Below, in pieces: positions 1 to 9,650 of a stretch of DNA of 64,000 nucleotides. The stretch comes from an uncultured Synergistota bacterium (GTDB lineage Bacteria; Synergistota; JAGHAJ01): contig CAZLJD010000041.1 in the NCBI GenBank assembly GCA_964559865.1, positions 10,343 through 74,342 of the forward strand. Direction: 5' to 3'. The position numbers were made by a program, and so were the translations under genes. A model generated the notes under the pieces. The model was not told where the DNA came from. It ran no database searches and saw nothing but the letters and a program-made list of their open reading frames with translations. Every line of letters starts with the position of its first letter. The stretch's first letter is position 1.

Positions 1-335
1 ATACGACTTTTAGAGAGCATGAACAGATCACTTTTATGAACCACATCAACAAAGTTACCGTCTTCGTCAATCACAGGGACGAAGGATACCTTTCCATCTC
101 GCAAGAGCATTTGCAAAAGTCTATCAAACTCATCAGAGCCAACATCAAGTATAACATTATCTATTTGCTCCCTGAGATGGCCATCGAGCTCTATCTTTTC
201 GCCAACAAACTTCACGATAGTATCTTTCGACAACAAACCCTTTATAAGTCCATCATCGCCCATAACTGGTATAACATTTGTGAAATACTTAAAGAAAAAA
301 CGCATTACCTCATTAATTGTCGCCCCCATACCCAT
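1..335 (-). CDS. CBS-domain protein; 5' end at 335, runs off the window start (partial)
   Basis: Manual reverse-complement translation gives MGMGATINEVMRFFFKYFTNVIPVMGDDGLIKGLLSKDTIVKFVGEKIELDG...VSFVPVIDEDGNFVDVVHKSDLF. Tandem CBS-like motifs. RBS AAAAGGTG is upstream. Not in the ORF track because it is truncated. Confidence 0.5.
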   Translation of the reverse strand, partial: MGMGATINEVMRFFFKYFTNVIPVMGDDGLIKGLLSKDTIVKFVGEKIELDGHLREQIDNVILDVGSDEFDRLLQMLLRDGKVSFVPVIDEDGNFVDVVHKSDLFMLSKSR

Positions 336-441
336 CACCTTTTGATATTATATCACAGTGGGAAACAAAGTTAAGAACGGGAAAGAGCCCAAATATGAGG
401 ATAGATAGGGGCACCACAATCTACTGGATGCCCCTAATGCT

Positions 442-855
442 TTACTGAGGTTTGTTTTTTTTCTTTTTCGAGATAACTTCTGCCATATATGTTCTATATA
501 CCTCTTTCTTTTGCTTCTCTTTCTCTATCTCCTCTTTCGCTTTTCCAATCTCCTTAACAACCTCATCTATGGACGCTTTCTCTATTGGGTGCTCCTCCTC
601 TTCCTGAAGGTCCTCTATACTCACATATTTCGTCTCTATTCTTCCCTCATCTATAAAGTCTAGTATATCTTCCTCATCAACACCGGTCTCTTCTGCAACT
701 TCTTTTATCCGTGCACGAGGATGGTCTCTAAGATAATTGTAAACTTTCAGAAAATCCCTTTCTAACTCTTCCTTGCACTCAGGACAGATTGGTTTCCCCC
801 CATAATAAACAAAGGGTCTACCACACCTTATACAATTCCTCAGTTCTCCCGCCAT
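442..855 (-). CDS. YvyF-like zinc-ribbon protein ('flagellar operon protein' family)
   Basis: N-terminal CIRCGRPF...CPEC zinc ribbon. Lies immediately downstream of comFC, as B. subtilis yvyF does. Confidence 0.5.
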   Translation of the reverse strand: MAGELRNCIRCGRPFVYYGGKPICPECKEELERDFLKVYNYLRDHPRARIKEVAEETGVDEEDILDFIDEGRIETKYVSIEDLQEEEEHPIEKASIDEVVKEIGKAKEEIEKEKQKKEVYRTYMAEVISKKKKNKPQ

Positions 856-869
856 ACCAGATTCACCTC

Positions 870-1439
870 CTATCTCGCAAGAACTATACCGCTTACCTCA
901 CCTACACCACTCGAACGCAACACACTCGCAGCCGCAGAGAGCGTGGCCCCTGTAGTAAGTATATCATCAACAAGTAGTACCTTACTTACTGATACACCAC
1001 GCTTCATCATAAAAGCTCCTTTTACATTCAACCATCTCTCATCCCTACTTAACCCAACCTGGTCTTTTATCCCTCTCCTCTTAGACAGTATGCAACTAAC
1101 AGACACATCTACAGCCTTCGCAAGTCCACGTGCTAGCACTTCGCTCTGGTTGTATCCTCTCAGTACTATCTTGGAAACCTCCATTGGTATAGGCACAAGT
1201 AGATCAAACCCCATCACAACTTCAGCGTATTCTTTTACCAGCATGTACAACAACACTCTTTTTGCTGACATATCCTGACGGAACTTGAAAGCCTGTATAA
1301 GCTGCTTCAACTTACCAGTATAGTTACCCAAAACCCAGACTTTCCTTAACCCCACAACATCCTCAATACTAAACGGCTTTACTATCTCTTTGTAGCAGTT
1401 GCTACACACAACACCTTCTTCTATCTGCCTGCCACACAC
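870..1439 (-). CDS. comFC: ComF family competence protein (phosphoribosyltransferase domain)
   Basis: N-terminal double CxxC, and a C-terminal PRTase motif VLLVDDILTTGATL. Confidence 0.8.
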   Translation of the reverse strand: MCGRQIEEGVVCSNCYKEIVKPFSIEDVVGLRKVWVLGNYTGKLKQLIQAFKFRQDMSAKRVLLYMLVKEYAEVVMGFDLLVPIPMEVSKIVLRGYNQSEVLARGLAKAVDVSVSCILSKRRGIKDQVGLSRDERWLNVKGAFMMKRGVSVSKVLLVDDILTTGATLSAAASVLRSSGVGEVSGIVLAR

Positions 1440-1476
1440 CAGACAAACAGACGGAAAAATTAGCTCCTTAAAACCA

Positions 1477-2676
1477 CTAAACAGATTCCGCAGCTTTCTT
1501 TAACTCCTCTGCCTTATCTGTCTTTTCCCACGGCAGTCCAAGTTCTACCCTTCCCATATGCCCATAAGCAGCAAGCTTCTTATATATAGGTCTACGCAGG
1601 TCAAGGTCTCTTATGATAGCCGCAGGCCTAAAGTCAAAAAACCTCCGAATCAAAGAAACTATTTTCTCATCAGGTATTACACCGGTACCAAAGGTGTCTA
1701 CTGCAATAGAAACTGGATGCGCCACTCCTATAGAATAAGCCACCTGGATAAGACACTTCTTAGCAAGACCTGCTGCAACAACATTCTTTGCTGCATACCT
1801 TGCCATGTACGCACCAGAGCGATCAACCTTTGTAGGATCCTTCCCAGAGAAGCAACCACCTCCATGGGGTACAACCCCACCATAGGTATCGACCATGATC
1901 TTTCTACCAGTGAGCCCCGTGTCAGCCATAGGACCACCTAGTACAAACCTACCAGTGGGGTTAACAAGGAATCTGGTATTAGAATCCATAAGGTCTTCTG
2001 GAACAACTGCATTTAGCACATACTCTCTTAAATCACCTTCTATCTGCTTAATCTCAACAGCGGGGTGATGTTGAGCAGAAATAATCACAGTATCTATCCT
2101 AACAGGATTCCCTTCTCCGTCATATTCTACCGTAACTTGTGTCTTTCCATCAGGTCTCAGGTACGGTAGTATCTTCTCTTTTCTGACATATGTCAACCTC
2201 TTTGCCAACTTATGAGCCATCATAATTGGCATAGGCATGAGCTCTTCCGTTTCAGTACAGGCATACCCTATCATTATACCCTGGTCACCTGCACCGATAG
2301 AATCTATCTCATCATCTGTAGCAGTTCCGAGGCGCATCTCAAGGGCTCTATTAACGCCCTGAGCTATGTCAGGAGACTGCTCATCAATTGCAGTAACCAC
2401 TGCACAAGTATCGCCATCAAACCCATACTTTGCTCTCGTATAACCTATTTCCTTAACTGTGTTTCTTACGACCTTCGGTATGTCCACATAACAGGAAGTA
2501 GATATTTCACCTGCAACAAACGCTATACCGGTAGTCACAATGGTTTCACATGCCACCCTCGCCAGTGGGTCCTTGGAGAGAATGGCATCAAGGATAGCAT
2601 CCGATATCTGATCCGCTACCTTATCTGGATGCCCCTCGGTAACAGACTCTGAGGTAAAAAGTATTCTTTCATCCAT
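1477..2676 (-). CDS. metK: S-adenosylmethionine synthetase
   Basis: [30 protein letters not shown] and [19 protein letters not shown] motifs; 399 aa. Confidence 0.97.
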   Translation of the reverse strand: MDERILFTSESVTEGHPDKVADQISDAILDAILSKDPLARVACETIVTTGIAFVAGEISTSCYVDIPKVVRNTVKEIGYTRAKYGFDGDTCAVVTAIDEQSPDIAQGVNRALEMRLGTATDDEIDSIGAGDQGIMIGYACTETEELMPMPIMMAHKLAKRLTYVRKEKILPYLRPDGKTQVTVEYDGEGNPVRIDTVIISAQHHPAVEIKQIEGDLREYVLNAVVPEDLMDSNTRFLVNPTGRFVLGGPMADTGLTGRKIMVDTYGGVVPHGGGCFSGKDPTKVDRSGAYMARYAAKNVVAAGLAKKCLIQVAYSIGVAHPVSIAVDTFGTGVIPDEKIVSLIRRFFDFRPAAIIRDLDLRRPIYKKLAAYGHMGRVELGLPWEKTDKAEELKKAAESV

Positions 2677-2709
2677 ACAGACTCCTCCTTCACTTAAACT
2701 TCATGAAGT

Positions 2710-2738
2710 AGTATACCATTAACCCCCAAAATGTCAAG
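2710..2738 (-). promoter_or_regulatory. Sigma70-type promoter for metK (TTGACA, 17 nt, TATACT on the minus strand)
   Basis: Reverse complement reads cacTTGACAttttgggggttaatggTATACT. It is followed by AAGGAGG and the ATG. The leader is too short to hold an S-box. Confidence 0.55.
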
Positions 2739-2776
2739 TGTCGCCAAACCAAGCAACATCAACCACTCAACAGGCA

Positions 2777-2806
2777 TTGAACACAGCCACACCGTTATGG
2801 TAAAAT
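2777..2806 (+). promoter_or_regulatory. Promoter for the 2842 gene (TTGAAC, 18 nt, TGgTAAAAT)
   Basis: An extended -10 (TGgTAAAAT) at 2798-2806, about 35 nt before the GGAGGTG RBS. Confidence 0.45.
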
Positions 2807-2841
2807 CTATTCAAAACAAATCTTCACGGAGGTGAAACAAA

Positions 2842-3684
2842 ATGAAAAGGATAGTGGTATTAACCATCATTTTAAGCATGATTATTAGCGGAACAGCACT
2901 GGGAAAACAAATTCTACTCAGCACTATCAAACAAGAGATCCTCATCTCGAGAACGCTGCACACACCCATTCCCCCAATTAGTCCGAGGTATCCAAAGCTC
3001 ACAATGGAAACCGCTTACATGATTCAGAATTGGTTAATAGGAAAGTTATCAAAGCTAAGACATGCACACACGGTTGGCTTCAAAGTGGCATTTACCTCAC
3101 CCCCAAGTCAAAAAAAGTTTAAGACAAATGAACCTGCATATGGAATATTGCTAAACTACATGGAACTTCATAATAACGCTGTGATAGACCACAAAAAGAT
3201 ACTAAAACCGTTTGTAGAAGTAGAAGTTGGTTTCAGATTCGGCAAAAGCATAAGTAAATCAATAAAAAACACAAACGAACTTAAAAAATATGTGGATGCA
3301 GCATTTCCAGCCATAGAGATACCATCTATAAGATTCAGCACACTCAAAGGCATAACTGCCGCAGATGTAGTTGCTGACGATGTAGGAACAGCATACTTTA
3401 TAGTGGGAAAGATGGTAAAACCAAACCTCACTAATCTCAATCTAATAACATCCGTCCTCTATCACAATGGGAAAATCGTAAGAACAGGCAGAAGCAAAGC
3501 CGTCTTGGGTAGCCCATGGAAATCACTGCTTTGGCTCGTAAACAGTGTATTGAAGTCCGGCAGAAAGATAAAGAAAGGATATTTGGTTATAACAGGAACA
3601 ATGACCAAACTGTACCCACTAAAACCGGGTAAATACTTAGCAGTGCATGGGAGATTAGGTTACATAAGATTCACCGTGAAGTAG
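2842..3684 (+). CDS. Fumarylacetoacetate-hydrolase-fold hydratase (2-keto-4-pentenoate hydratase / MhpD-HpaH family) with an N-terminal signal-peptide-like extension
   Basis: Core motifs ETAYMIQNWLIGKL...GFKVAFTSP...EVEVGFRF...GTAYFIVG. Strong RBS GGAGGTGAaacaaaATG supports the upstream start. The N-terminus MKRIVVLTIILSMIISGTALG is hydrophobic. Confidence 0.6.
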   Translation: MKRIVVLTIILSMIISGTALGKQILLSTIKQEILISRTLHTPIPPISPRYPKLTMETAYMIQNWLIGKLSKLRHAHTVGFKVAFTSPPSQKKFKTNEPAYGILLNYMELHNNAVIDHKKILKPFVEVEVGFRFGKSISKSIKNTNELKKYVDAAFPAIEIPSIRFSTLKGITAADVVADDVGTAYFIVGKMVKPNLTNLNLITSVLYHNGKIVRTGRSKAVLGSPWKSLLWLVNSVLKSGRKIKKGYLVITGTMTKLYPLKPGKYLAVHGRLGYIRFTVK

Positions 3685-4944
3685 CTATCGTTCGCACCTG
3701 AATCTCCAAAACATACGAGACACAATAGAAAATACGCTCTCTCTATTCACTACAAAAACCAATATCGATGAGAGAAGTATACTCAAGACCACGCTCATAT
3801 ATATAATATCTTGCATTATGACAGCATGGGGAAAACCAGACTCGTACAGCAGGCTACCTGCAACTACAGCAGGTAGCCCCTTTGGTATCAGTACCGATAT
3901 AATGACAGCATCTCTTTTAATAATATGAGAGGATGCACCAAGTGCAATGAAGAAGAATCTCAAAACCACTATTACAGATACAACTATAAAAGATAAAAAT
4001 AATACCTCTCTGCTAACATAGTTAAAGGACACTCCCAGATAGAAGAAGAAAAATGCCTTTAGAAGAAAAATTATCTCTCCATAGAAGCTCTTTTCAACCT
4101 CCGAAGGGGAATCAAAACTAAAAACACCAGAAAATAGATGCTTGTATTCACGTGATATATCTTTAAAGTTAGCGAGCAGCACTCCAAACACAAACGCAGC
4201 AGCAGGACCACTACCGCCTAAGATCTCTGCAACAGAATACACAACAAACACAACCCCAAATGTAGTAAATATGGTATTGGGAAACTCTCTTATCTTTCTT
4301 AGAGCAGAAGACCAAACTGCAGCACCAATCACACCAATCAGAATAGAAATAAGAAACGACAGTAAAAGCTGAAATGCAATGGACGAAGGTAGAAGAGACA
4401 CCCCTGATTTATATGCCTCTACAATACCAGCAGATACCACAAGAGACAGGACATCTGCAACCGCAGATTCAATGAACATCAGCGTACGGCTACTCCCTCT
4501 CAGCTTCAGCATTCTGACCACCGGGATTACAACCGCAGGAGACATTCCCCCAAGGGCACTACCCACAATAATCCCTGTCACCCAATCAAAGCCACCATAC
4601 CAGTGGAGTATCAACATCACAGCAGCCACCGTAAGCAAAAACGTCCCAAACGTCATAAACATAGATATCCACAAAACTCTTCTAAGTTCCCCTATCTTCA
4701 GGTCTATACCACCCTCAAACAATATCAGTATAAGTGCAATCATCGTCAGAAATTTACCAGTGTAACCAAAAGATTCCTGAGACAACAGACCCAATATAGG
4801 GCCAAAAACAATGCCCATTAACATGAGAAACAGAACATCTGGAATCCTCGTTATCTCGAACACAACAGCAAAGAGATGGGCAACAAACACAGACATCCCT
4901 ACAAACAAAATTACTAAGATGGAAGAGTCATGCACACCCCACAA
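3685..4944 (-). CDS. Cation:proton antiporter (Na+/H+ exchanger family)
   Basis: Polytopic membrane protein of about 12 TM segments, with LILFEGGIDL and GMSPAVV motifs typical of CPA1 antiporters. Confidence 0.75.
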   Translation of the reverse strand: MWGVHDSSILVILFVGMSVFVAHLFAVVFEITRIPDVLFLMLMGIVFGPILGLLSQESFGYTGKFLTMIALILILFEGGIDLKIGELRRVLWISMFMTFGTFLLTVAAVMLILHWYGGFDWVTGIIVGSALGGMSPAVVIPVVRMLKLRGSSRTLMFIESAVADVLSLVVSAGIVEAYKSGVSLLPSSIAFQLLLSFLISILIGVIGAAVWSSALRKIREFPNTIFTTFGVVFVVYSVAEILGGSGPAAAFVFGVLLANFKDISREYKHLFSGVFSFDSPSEVEKSFYGEIIFLLKAFFFFYLGVSFNYVSREVLFLSFIVVSVIVVLRFFFIALGASSHIIKRDAVIISVLIPKGLPAVVAGSLLYESGFPHAVIMQDIIYMSVVLSILLSSILVFVVNRESVFSIVSRMFWRFRCER

Positions 4945-5055
4945 CCTCCTACACCAAAGTCGAAAACTACCTACCCAACTGACCTACACAAACCAACAAA
5001 GGTATCCAAATTAAGAAGGCAAAACATTACAAACACAAGAGGGTTAAAACAGGAC

Positions 5056-5415
5056 TTACTCCACTGATTCGACCATCTTCCTCGCTTCTTCAAGCTCCTC
5101 TCTCAACCTCTCAAACTCTTTGCTCTTTCTCTTTATAAACTCCTTAGTTATCCTGAGCTTTTCTCTCATTCCAGTAGGTGTAAGAATATACCTGTAAGAG
5201 AGCTTATTATCGCTCTTCCTGAACTTCTCCATCTTCACTATCCCCTTCTCCACTAATGCCCTAAAGATATAGTTTACCTTTCCCAGACTAAAATCTAAAC
5301 GCTCCGCTATGCCTCGTTGAGTTATGTGGGATTCGCCATCAAACTCCTTCAACACATAGTAGAAATCCTCTATTCTCTTTTCATCTACCATAATAACTCC
5401 CAACCCTTCATCCAC
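5056..5415 (-). CDS. MarR-type winged-helix transcriptional regulator
   Basis: HTH segment ITQRGIAERLDFSLGKVNYIFRALVEKGIV followed by a wing. Transcribed divergently from the V-ATPase operon. Confidence 0.6.
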   Translation of the reverse strand: MDEGLGVIMVDEKRIEDFYYVLKEFDGESHITQRGIAERLDFSLGKVNYIFRALVEKGIVKMEKFRKSDNKLSYRYILTPTGMREKLRITKEFIKRKSKEFERLREELEEARKMVESVE

Positions 5416-5527
5416 TACTCAAAATAATTATATCACAATATCCCCTTTCAAAAGAAGAGCAAACGGTCTTTACTGAAATGTTCGAAGTTACAAAATTAAC
5501 ACACTATAGCGAATTCATGCCCAAAAC

Positions 5528-5555
5528 TTGACAATAGCTTCGGCAGTGGTATAAT
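5528..5555 (+). promoter_or_regulatory. Strong sigma70 promoter for the V-ATPase operon (TTGACA, 16 nt, TGgTATAAT)
   Basis: cTTGACAatagcttcggcagTGgTATAATac lies 30 nt upstream of the GGGAG RBS and ATG 5586. Confidence 0.6.
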
Positions 5556-5585
5556 ACTTTAAGTCTTCATAAGGGAGATGGGGTT

Positions 5586-5909
5586 ATGTCAATAGAGGAA
5601 ACTCTTTCCGAAATCTTGAAGATAGAGAAAGAAGCAGCAAGCATAGTTGAGAATGCAAAAAAAGAGGTTGAAGAGGCGAGAAGATCGTTCGAGAAGGAGA
5701 AAGAGGAATATAGTGAAAAGGCAATCGTAGAAGCACACCTCAATGCCGAAAGGATCTTAGAAGAAGCAAGATCCCACGCCAAGAAAAAGGCAGAAGACAT
5801 AATAACCCACAGCAAGGAGAAGGTATCCAAACTCCAGGCATTCGTTGCACAGAAGGAGCAAGCAGTTATAAAAAAAGTTATAAATGTAATGTGGGGAAAC
5901 GGCCAATGA
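5586..5909 (+). CDS. atpG: A/V-type ATPase small stator subunit (G/H family, coiled coil)
   Basis: 107-aa charged coiled-coil protein at the head of the operon. Confidence 0.55.
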   Translation: MSIEETLSEILKIEKEAASIVENAKKEVEEARRSFEKEKEEYSEKAIVEAHLNAERILEEARSHAKKKAEDIITHSKEKVSKLQAFVAQKEQAVIKKVINVMWGNGQ

Positions 5910-6973
5910 TATCGGAGTACTCAGCTCTTCTGGCAAGAATGAAAGCTGTAAAAAGTGACCTCTTGAGCAGGGAAACTTTTCTAAAGCTCGTCGAAGTAAA
6001 AACAAACGATGAGGTAGCAAGAATACTTCTTACTACTGCATACGGACCGTATATCAAGAAGCACAGCAAGGGTGAGCACTACAGGAGGGAATATATAGAA
6101 AGAGCCCTACGAGATAGTTTCATGGATGTGTACTTCAAGGCACTTGTATTTCTGCCAAAAAGTGCAGCGAAGATAGTAAAGGAAGCATTAAGGAGATTCG
6201 AATTAGAAAACATAAAGCTTATACTGAGAAGCAGGGGCAAAGAAGACGAGTTTGGACTTGTAAAAGAAGACCTCATAGATTTGCACTCCTACTCCAAGAT
6301 ACCATTTGAAGAGTTACTAAATCTGAACACGATTGAAGAGGTAGCAGAGCACCTTAGAGACACCCCTTACGGAAACACTCTAAGAAGGATATCAGAATCC
6401 TACAAGGAAGAGGGACTGTTCGCAATAGAGATGGGCCTTGACTACGAGTTTTTCAGAAGGCTTATAAGTCTCACAAGAAGCCTCCCGTTTCCAGATCAAG
6501 ATATCATACACTTCTACCTTGGGTTAGAGTGCGACATGTTGAACCTTCTCTGGATACTCCGTGCAAAGCTCATCCACAAATTCAGTGATGAAGTTGTATT
6601 CACATATACACTACCTTTTGGACACTTCATAAGAGACGCAACTCTAAGAAGGATCGTTAAAATAAACAGTATATCAGAGATGAAATCTGCACTGGAAGGC
6701 AATCCATGGGAAACCGTATTTGAGGGTAGCGATCACTTCTCCATCTCAACAGAGGTTAAAATGAAGAGAAAGTTCTACAACACAGTTATAAACTCACAAC
6801 TACTTAAAGCAAATCCGTTCTCAATAGCACCATTCATAGAGACACTTACATTAAAGGAAGTCGAAGTAACAGACATAACGACCATTATCGAAAGTAAAAG
6901 ATACCAATTAACGCTGGAAGAAATGCAAAAATACCTCATAACTGAAATACCATTAGAGGTGAGTACCTCGTGA
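5891..6973 (+). CDS. atpC: A/V-type ATPase subunit C (V0 d / AC39 family)
   Basis: EYSALLARMKAVKSDLL...ARILLTTAYG matches the Thermus subunit C N-terminus. Confidence 0.8.
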   Translation: MGKRPMISEYSALLARMKAVKSDLLSRETFLKLVEVKTNDEVARILLTTAYGPYIKKHSKGEHYRREYIERALRDSFMDVYFKALVFLPKSAAKIVKEALRRFELENIKLILRSRGKEDEFGLVKEDLIDLHSYSKIPFEELLNLNTIEEVAEHLRDTPYGNTLRRISESYKEEGLFAIEMGLDYEFFRRLISLTRSLPFPDQDIIHFYLGLECDMLNLLWILRAKLIHKFSDEVVFTYTLPFGHFIRDATLRRIVKINSISEMKSALEGNPWETVFEGSDHFSISTEVKMKRKFYNTVINSQLLKANPFSIAPFIETLTLKEVEVTDITTIIESKRYQLTLEEMQKYLITEIPLEVSTS

Positions 6974-8883
6974 CGATAGCAAAGCTAAGTCTGCTGCAAT
7001 GCATAGTGCCGAAAAGATATGCAGCCCCAATAACGCAAATGATATCCATACTTGGGGTAACAGAAGCGCAAAGCATAAAAGAACTTCAACTACAGTCCAG
7101 AGGTGTAGAACCACTCGAAGACAAAGATAGATCCAACAGATGTAAGATCGCACTCTCAAAAACTATCAACCTGATGAACTACCTGGAACTAGCTCCAAGA
7201 AAACTATCCGAGAAAATAGATCCAGCAATAGTAAACCCTCTAAGTGATGAAGATTTCCAAAAGCTGTCTCTATTAGAACAGAGAGCAAAAGGGATCGTCG
7301 AAAGGATAAACATTCTCAAAAGGGAAAAAGAGCGGCTGGAAAACTACACCACAAAGATAAAGATGCTGCAAGGCATAAATGTAGAAATGGATGTACTGAA
7401 GTCTTTAAGGTTCTCCAAATACTTCTTCGGGAGATTGCCTACTGCCCACCTGCCAAGATTGCTAAGAGGGCTTGGAGAAGTAAAAGAAAGCATCTTAGAA
7501 ATACTGCAGAGAGGAAAGGAAGATACTTTCATATTCGTGATAACCAGCGCTAAAAGGGCAAAAAGGGTAGAAAGGATTCTAAAAGCCTCTTTCTGCGAAA
7601 TAATAGACATACCTCTCAAATTTACCGGTCACCCCGAAGATATGCTCAAGAACATAGAAATCGAGCAAGAACGTACAGACATAGCTATCAAAAACTTCAG
7701 GCTAAAACTACATAGGATAGGATTAGCCAATCACGAGTGGATATACGCCCTATGGAATAAACTGAAGTGGTCAGAATTCATATTAAGAACTAACACCATG
7801 TTCGGTAAAACAAGACACTTTTCTATCCTCTCTTTATGGGTCCCAGAGGAGCATAAAGAGAAGATAGAAAGAGAAATAGACAAGATAACACAGGGAAGAA
7901 ACATATGCGAGTGGGTAGATGCAAAGGAGGCACGAAAGAGATACAAAAAGCTTAGGATACCTACCCTACTCAAGAACCGAGGTATATTCAAGCCATTTGA
8001 ACTGCTCATCTCCGCATATGGCATACCAAGGTACACTGAAATAGACCCCACTCCTCTGGTGGCAATAACCTTCACATTCATGTTTGGTATGATGTTCGGG
8101 GATGTGGGTCATGGTGCTGCTCTCACACTACTTGGGTACATCTTGCAAAAGTCATTAAAGAAAAGAGCACACGGATTCCTCAAGTTGCTAATAATATGTG
8201 GCATAAGCTCAATACTATGGGGTGCTTTATACGGAAGCCTCTTTGGATATGAGGATGTGATCCCTGCCATATGGACAAGCCCCATGCACGATGTACTCAG
8301 ATTTCTCGGTATATCTATAGTATGGGGCATCATCATGTTGATAACTGGTTACACACTAAACATCGTAAACAAAGTAAAAGAAGAGAGAATAAAAGAGCTG
8401 TTCAAAGAAGAAAAGGGCGTCCCAGGAATAACATTTTATCTATCCATCATCTTAACAATGATATGCTGGGTAGAGAAGTGGAATTATTATATACCGATGG
8501 CTATAGCCTTAGGGATACTGGGCATAATGTTTTTACAGGAACTAAAAGAAGGAGGAGGCGTATTCGAAGTATTTATAAAGCTATTCTCGTTCGTGATAGA
8601 AAACATAAGCAATACTATATCCTTCATCCGTGTGGGAGCATTTGCCCTTAACCATGTAGCACTATCCATGGTAATATTCACACTCAGCAACATGATTACC
8701 CCTACATCTACAGGATTAGTAATAAGGATAATGATAATCATATTTGGTAACCTTCTCATCATCCTATTTGAAGGATTCATCGTAGGTATTCAGGTAACAA
8801 GGCTTGAATTCTATGAGTTTTTCAGCAAGTTCTACCAAGGAGATGGTAGAAGGTTTAAGCCACTATCTTATATAAAGGAGTGA
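6970..8883 (+). CDS. atpI: A/V-type ATPase subunit I (116-kDa a-subunit)
   Basis: Soluble N-terminal half and multi-TM C-terminal half; 637 aa. Confidence 0.9.
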   Translation: MTIAKLSLLQCIVPKRYAAPITQMISILGVTEAQSIKELQLQSRGVEPLEDKDRSNRCKIALSKTINLMNYLELAPRKLSEKIDPAIVNPLSDEDFQKLSLLEQRAKGIVERINILKREKERLENYTTKIKMLQGINVEMDVLKSLRFSKYFFGRLPTAHLPRLLRGLGEVKESILEILQRGKEDTFIFVITSAKRAKRVERILKASFCEIIDIPLKFTGHPEDMLKNIEIEQERTDIAIKNFRLKLHRIGLANHEWIYALWNKLKWSEFILRTNTMFGKTRHFSILSLWVPEEHKEKIEREIDKITQGRNICEWVDAKEARKRYKKLRIPTLLKNRGIFKPFELLISAYGIPRYTEIDPTPLVAITFTFMFGMMFGDVGHGAALTLLGYILQKSLKKRAHGFLKLLIICGISSILWGALYGSLFGYEDVIPAIWTSPMHDVLRFLGISIVWGIIMLITGYTLNIVNKVKEERIKELFKEEKGVPGITFYLSIILTMICWVEKWNYYIPMAIALGILGIMFLQELKEGGGVFEVFIKLFSFVIENISNTISFIRVGAFALNHVALSMVIFTLSNMITPTSTGLVIRIMIIIFGNLLIILFEGFIVGIQVTRLEFYEFFSKFYQGDGRRFKPLSYIKE

Positions 8884-8889
8884 TGGATC

Positions 8890-9321
8890 GTGAACACGCT
8901 TATAGCGGTAATGGGAGGTATAGTGGGTATTACAATTGGCTATGGTTTATACTTAATGAAAAGGAAAAAAGGAGTAACAAAGCTACCACTATCCTTGATA
9001 AGCGTAGGAACATTCATAGGAATATTTACCCTTATATCTTTAAACCTTGGTCATGAAGCCTTGGCGTCAGCGAGTACCAACACGGTATCTGCTCTTGCAT
9101 CTCAAGGAGAAAAAGGCCTCGGTTACATAGGTGCCGCGCTTGCAGTAGGTTTAAGTGCTTTAGGAGCGGGCATAGGTGTTGCCTCAACAGGTGCAGCAAC
9201 AATAGGTGCGATGTCCGAGAAGCCAGAGATGATGGGAAAGTCACTGGTATTCGTGGGACTTGCTGAAGGTATCGCAATATACGGTGTGGTAATAGCCATA
9301 ATGATCCTCAGCAAGATATAG
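8890..9321 (+). CDS. atpK: A/V-type ATPase proteolipid subunit K (c)
   Basis: GTG start. Gly/Ala-rich helices with the carboxylate in GLAEGIAIYG, plus an extra N-terminal helix. Confidence 0.8.
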   Translation: MNTLIAVMGGIVGITIGYGLYLMKRKKGVTKLPLSLISVGTFIGIFTLISLNLGHEALASASTNTVSALASQGEKGLGYIGAALAVGLSALGAGIGVASTGAATIGAMSEKPEMMGKSLVFVGLAEGIAIYGVVIAIMILSKI

Positions 9322-9323
9322 TC

Positions 9324-9638
9324 ATGGAAAAGAGAATATTTGTATTAGGCAGCAAGGATACGGTGGTAGGCTTTAGGCTTGTGGGTGTAGAAGGCTTTGT
9401 AGTAAGAAACGAAAAGGAGGCAGAAGACGCACTAAGAGCCCTTGTAGAAAGTGAAAATACAGGGCTCCTAATCATAGATAAATCTACAGCCAACATGGTC
9501 AGGGAATTGGTAAACAACATAAAGATAGCCTCCAAGCTACCCATAATTGTAGAAGTAGCAGATCCAAAAGAAGGCAGCAAAACGGAAAAAGACGCAATAA
9601 CAAAATTCATAAAAGAGGCCATCGGTATAAGTGTATAA
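9324..9638 (+). CDS. atpF: A/V-type ATPase subunit F
   Basis: KRIFVLGSKDTVVGFRLVGV motif; 104 aa. Confidence 0.8.
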   Translation: MEKRIFVLGSKDTVVGFRLVGVEGFVVRNEKEAEDALRALVESENTGLLIIDKSTANMVRELVNNIKIASKLPIIVEVADPKEGSKTEKDAITKFIKEAIGISV

Positions 9639-9650
9639 GAGGGGATAAAA

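Noticed and set aside
36-374. 112-aa plus-strand ORF at the window start
   Set aside because: Low-complexity, non-protein-like sequence. The opposite strand encodes a convincing CBS-domain protein (1..335) with an RBS, so the plus-strand ORF is antisense noise.
2677-2841. Possible SAM (S-box) riboswitch upstream of metK
   Set aside because: The interval is filled by two divergent promoters and short leaders. No S-box-like conserved segments were seen by eye on either strand.
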